DNA of 63,715 nucleotides, counting the filler, from Choristocarpus tenellus KU-1152 (taxonomy: Eukaryota; Protista; Phaeophyceae), in the NCBI GenBank assembly GCA_964200185.2. It is 10 parts of 10 records of this genome, joined end to end, with 100 filler letters (N's around TTAATTAATTAA, not from the genome) between each part and the next. Parts side by side here need not be neighbours in the genome. Positions count along the whole stretch, not along the records: positions 58,365 to 63,715 come from CAXNAD020011066.1; 9 more parts are not named here. One strand, given 5' to 3'. Shown piece after piece: positions 59,775-63,715 of this stretch. Numbering within the stretch: the stretch's first letter is position 1; every line of letters begins with the position of its first letter. The notes under the pieces are model-generated. The model worked only from the letters and a program-made list of their open reading frames with translations. It was not told where the DNA came from and made no database searches. The translations under genes were made by a program, and so were the position numbers.

Positions 59775-60030
59775 CAGCCAAAGTATCTTGGAGGGTAGAG
59801 CCGCGTCCATTTGGGGTTCAAAGTCGAATGTTGCGATTTTGATGGAATTTTGTCCACCGTGTTCGTTAGGAAGTGTCAATATCTATGTTCTGGACACACC
59901 TTTTAACATATTCACTTTACCTACTCCGAAACATTTCAGAGTAGAAAAATGTCATAAAAAAAAACGTGGGAATCCAAGCCCCAAATGGACAAACAGGGCA
60001 AAACTCGTACCCTCTAAGATACTTTCACTC
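59775..60030 (+). mobile_element. MITE family A copy 8, perfect CTTA TSD
   Basis: CTTA|CAGCCAAAGTATCTTGGAGGGTA...TACCCTCTAAGATACTTTCACTC|CTTA. Confidence 0.92.
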
Positions 60031-63000
60031 CTTATGCACTAAGGAATCGTTACTCCTGGATGTGCCAACAGTCGACACCAGGTGATGCTACTGAACTGCT
60101 ACTGAACTGTATCGCTACTGAACTGTATCTAAATCATGGGAGAAGTACCCTACACTTTAACCTATTCCTGAGAAGTGGATTGGGCAAAAAGTAGAGGGAA
60201 TCCCTCTGGTCTGTTCTATATTTTCTTGTTGTGGTGAGGAAGCCCACTCGATTCAATTTGGCCTGAGCCCTGTGAGTTATTGTTTTGGTTCATCTCCTAT
60301 TTAATCTTTTGCTAGGGTGGCTGAAGCAGGGTGAGCTCTATCCTCATCCCTCTTTACTTTTTTTTGGTCATGGTCCTCGAAACTGGCACAGACACGGACT
60401 CAGAGACTTACACTTGCAATATTACAAAATTTCAGTGGGCGTAATAATATTGCCAAAATGTTGCAGGTGGTCAGAAGAACGGGTCATGTTCTTCCCCACC
60501 TCTGTGACAATTTCTTCCATAAGTTCTTTTTAGCACAAATCAATTATATTTCCAGTAAGCAAACACCTTAACAAAATATTATTACAGATAGCAAGCAGTT
60601 CCGTGCAGATTCTGATCATTTTCGTACCACCACTCTGGGCTGTATTGCCCGAAGACTTTATTCGAAACCTCTTTTCCTTCCTAGAAACTTGTTTGCGAGA
60701 ATGGATTTAGGTTGAAAACAAACTACAAATCGGCAAGAAGGGGCCAGACAGATTGTCCTCACCATATTCGTCAATTTCGTACACCTATCCCAGGATAGAA
60801 GCATAATTGTGCGCACAACACTTAGTATGTGAAACATGTGATTCTGTGGGGGAGTGGTTTACTCAGGTGAGGATGGTGCAGGGAAGCGCCAGGCAAGGTG
60901 AACCAGACGGACCAAGACGAACCGTTGTGGAGTGGACAAGGTTAAGGTTGGACAAGTGCAAGGAACTGCAGAGTGGGGAAGAATCTCATGAGAGTGTGGA
61001 TCATCAGAGTGACAAGACGTGATATCAAAGAGAACCTTTGACGCTTGGTATCTCTGAATGAATGTAGATAGGACCATTGTCTTTGGGACTGGTCTCTTGA
61101 AGAGATTTAATTTTTCAGTCTCATAAAATCCTTCTCTGGAATCCGGTATTCCTGGAAGGAACTTCAATTGGTATAACGGTATATGGCAATAACGGTAGAT
61201 TGACAGACAACCCCGCTTTCCACATCACCCCCCTTCTGATGGGCCTGAAGCCTTGTAAGATTCGGGGTCAACCAAAAGGTGAGGACTGGGAGCAAAATGA
61301 GAAGCAGTGTGATTTAGTTTGCCATTACACCGTTATTGTACTACTATATTACACCTCATTTTTCAAAATGAATTATAATATATCAATGTGGCATTAATGA
61401 ACATCTGACCAGGATATCATTAGCCAAACGTTGAAGGTATGTAGTCAGCATACCAATCAGGCTTTACGAGGTCTGAGTGTATGGGATCAGCACATCAGTC
61501 AGCCTAAATACGCGTTAGGTTAATGGGATGTGGTCGGCATCGCATCATCAAGCTCATGGCCAACATCTGAGGACATGGTGCCAGCAATATACTGTCAGCC
61601 TAAAAACGAGTTGAGAGGTATATGGGACCAGCGTATATAGGTCTCTGGTATAATGTACAAACAAGGAATACTCAAGAATGGAGGCACGAGGAGTAAATGC
61701 TTTACGATGCCAAACAATTGTTGAAGTGCTTGTGATTTGATGATGCTAAACGAGTGATATAAAATGATTTCGATCAACACTCCGACGTGTGAAAATACAA
61801 ACGTATGTACGTGATCAAAATCAACCCAGAAGATGAGATCAATCACGACGTGTACTTCTCTAGCAAATATAATAGCCAAAATGAATCAAAATCGAAAAAT
61901 TGGATTTATGATCCCGAACGGACGCTTACACGGGTAATGTGGTATCACCAAATGTAAGCATAAAACGAATAATCCACGAATATATATGTAGTGGTGAACC
62001 ATTACTAGTACGCAGATTTATTGCACCAGGTGGGACAGGGTGCACATCCAAATGTTTGAGTTGTGGGTGGTTGCGAACAAATTCCTCCGAAGAATATGGC
62101 ACTTTGCTTGCTGTGTCTACTATGTATGGTTAGTTGTGTTCTTCTTGTTGTTCGATAGTGCCTCATAAACGAACCCTTTCTGATGACAAAGATAAAGTTT
62201 TGGAGTATATGGGTATTGTACAAAGAATTTTGAACCAAGTTTGATTAACATTGTGCAACCTTGATTGAACGAAGGGTAGAGAAAAATAGTAAGAGACGGA
62301 CGGACAGGCTATAAACGATGCCTGAGGAGCAAGTGGTGTGACTGGCATCAACCTCTAACGTTTGCCCCTCACTACAATTATATCAACTATAAACCATATG
62401 GTCATTCTCACATGGATAGGAGTCAAATCTATCGGGACAACCTTAGGGAAAAGAAGAATAGTGACCAGCAAATGATCGTCCATCATCTTGTCCCTGGCGT
62501 CCATGACCTCTTCCTCTACAATGCAAGAAGGCCTTGAGTGTCATCTGGATTGTCCAGGGACGACTGAGTTGAGTGACCGTCATGACTCATCACCTGACAA
62601 CCAGAGTAGTGGCGTTATCTATTTCGACGGCATACTGTGTTGCACTTCAACATGGTGATAGAGTGTAGCTGGGTGCTCTGCACGACAAGGTGGGCGACAG
62701 GCTTGTGGTGCTGAAAACGGGCAGAATGGGCTGTCACAGGAGATACTTGTCATCAACCAAGCCGAGGACCAAGTTTGGGTGGCTTCCTCTGCTTGGTAAC
62801 GATCCACCTTTGTCTGGAGACCTTAGCTCTTTCGTTGAGTTGGACGAAGTCTCAATGAGGAAACAGTATGAGCAGGGGTGAACACACTAATCTAAGCCTT
62901 CTGAACACCTTCCCATGATGTTGGAGAGGATATTGGGAAGACTGCTATAAGGGTAAATTGCCAGGTAAACACCATTTTATGTTACCAGCCAACACCTCAA

Positions 63001-63560
63001 GCTAGAATGATTCAACAAGGCATTGAAGAATTCTTGGTAATAATTCCATCCAATCAAGGAGTATCAATAGTCTCAGGGAATGCGGGGCTGTGTATTGGTG
63101 GGAGTGCAGAGTGATTTTGACGCACCATATGGAAACTAAAAGTGGTATGTCTTCGTCTCCAGAACCTGTAATTGCTAGACCAGTAGGAATTTCGGCAGTG
63201 GAATATCTGAAATGATTTCTCTCAGATGTTGGGCCTGAGAGTGTGACATCACCAAAAATTTGCAACGTGTGTTACATGATCGGAGGTGTGCCCACAGGTT
63301 TGGAGTTTTAGGACGTCCTGAAAAGCCATCCAGGTGGCACACCATTGGCTCTCACACACTCATTGACACGGTATGCAATGAATGTGGGGATGGCATGACC
63401 GAACGGTGCTTGAGAAGCAGACACCATGATCGAGAGTCATGCCTCCTTCACGGCAGCTGAGTCTGGATACTTTGCCCACTAATACTCAAATTTGTCGTTA
63501 GATGTATTTGGTGGTTGATCAGGGCAAATATTTTGTGGAACAAAATAGGGATTAAAAGGT

Positions 63561-63715
63561 ACAGTAGGTACCCCTATTTTGTGCCAAACGATTATGAACC
63601 AAATCGAAAAATATGCAATTTTGTACCGCTTTTTCGACATGCTAAAAAAAAAGGCTTTTGTACCGGAATTATCATGTTCGAGCGTTTTGGCACAAAATCC
63701 CAGAGATATTCACGC
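63561..63715. mobile_element. Possible Tc1/pogo-type MITE left end
   Basis: TA|CAGTAGGTACCCC, with internal IR TTTTGTGCCAAACG / CGTTTTGGCACAAAA. Confidence 0.3.

Noticed and set aside
1-63715. CRISPR arrays, tRNA/rRNA genes, prokaryotic operons or defence systems
   Set aside because: No repeat-spacer arrays or structural RNA signatures seen; the sequence is eukaryotic and spliced.

Overview
Eukaryotic, intron-rich, transposon-dense DNA made of ten short contigs joined by artificial N44-TTAATTAATTAA-N44 linkers, so synteny across linkers means nothing. Long GT-AG introns, a bipartite signal-peptide/AF plastid presequence, and Copia, Gypsy and pogo relics point to a photosynthetic stramenopile, probably a brown alga or close relative (inference). 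Hand-spliced host genes, all partial: a thiamine-triphosphatase-like CYTH protein (minus, 10664-14896), nicastrin (plus, ~16717-21987), a plastid-targeted type II NAD(P)H dehydrogenase (plus, 23103-33575), an atypical bromodomain protein (35698-38151), a large low-complexity exon (51204-52968) and a kinase-like exon. The most striking unexplained structure is a set of non-autonomous DNA transposons. Family A (~258 bp, 8 copies, with a central hairpin) and family B/C (~178 bp, 2 full and 5 partial copies) have unrelated interiors but share the terminal CAAAGTATCT and subterminal GTCCATTTGGGG motifs. Where a target-site duplication (TSD) is clean it is 4 bp (Sola2-like), and many copies sit in or beside other transposons. 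The window also shows CpG depletion with a CpG-island-like gene 5' end, suggesting CG methylation.
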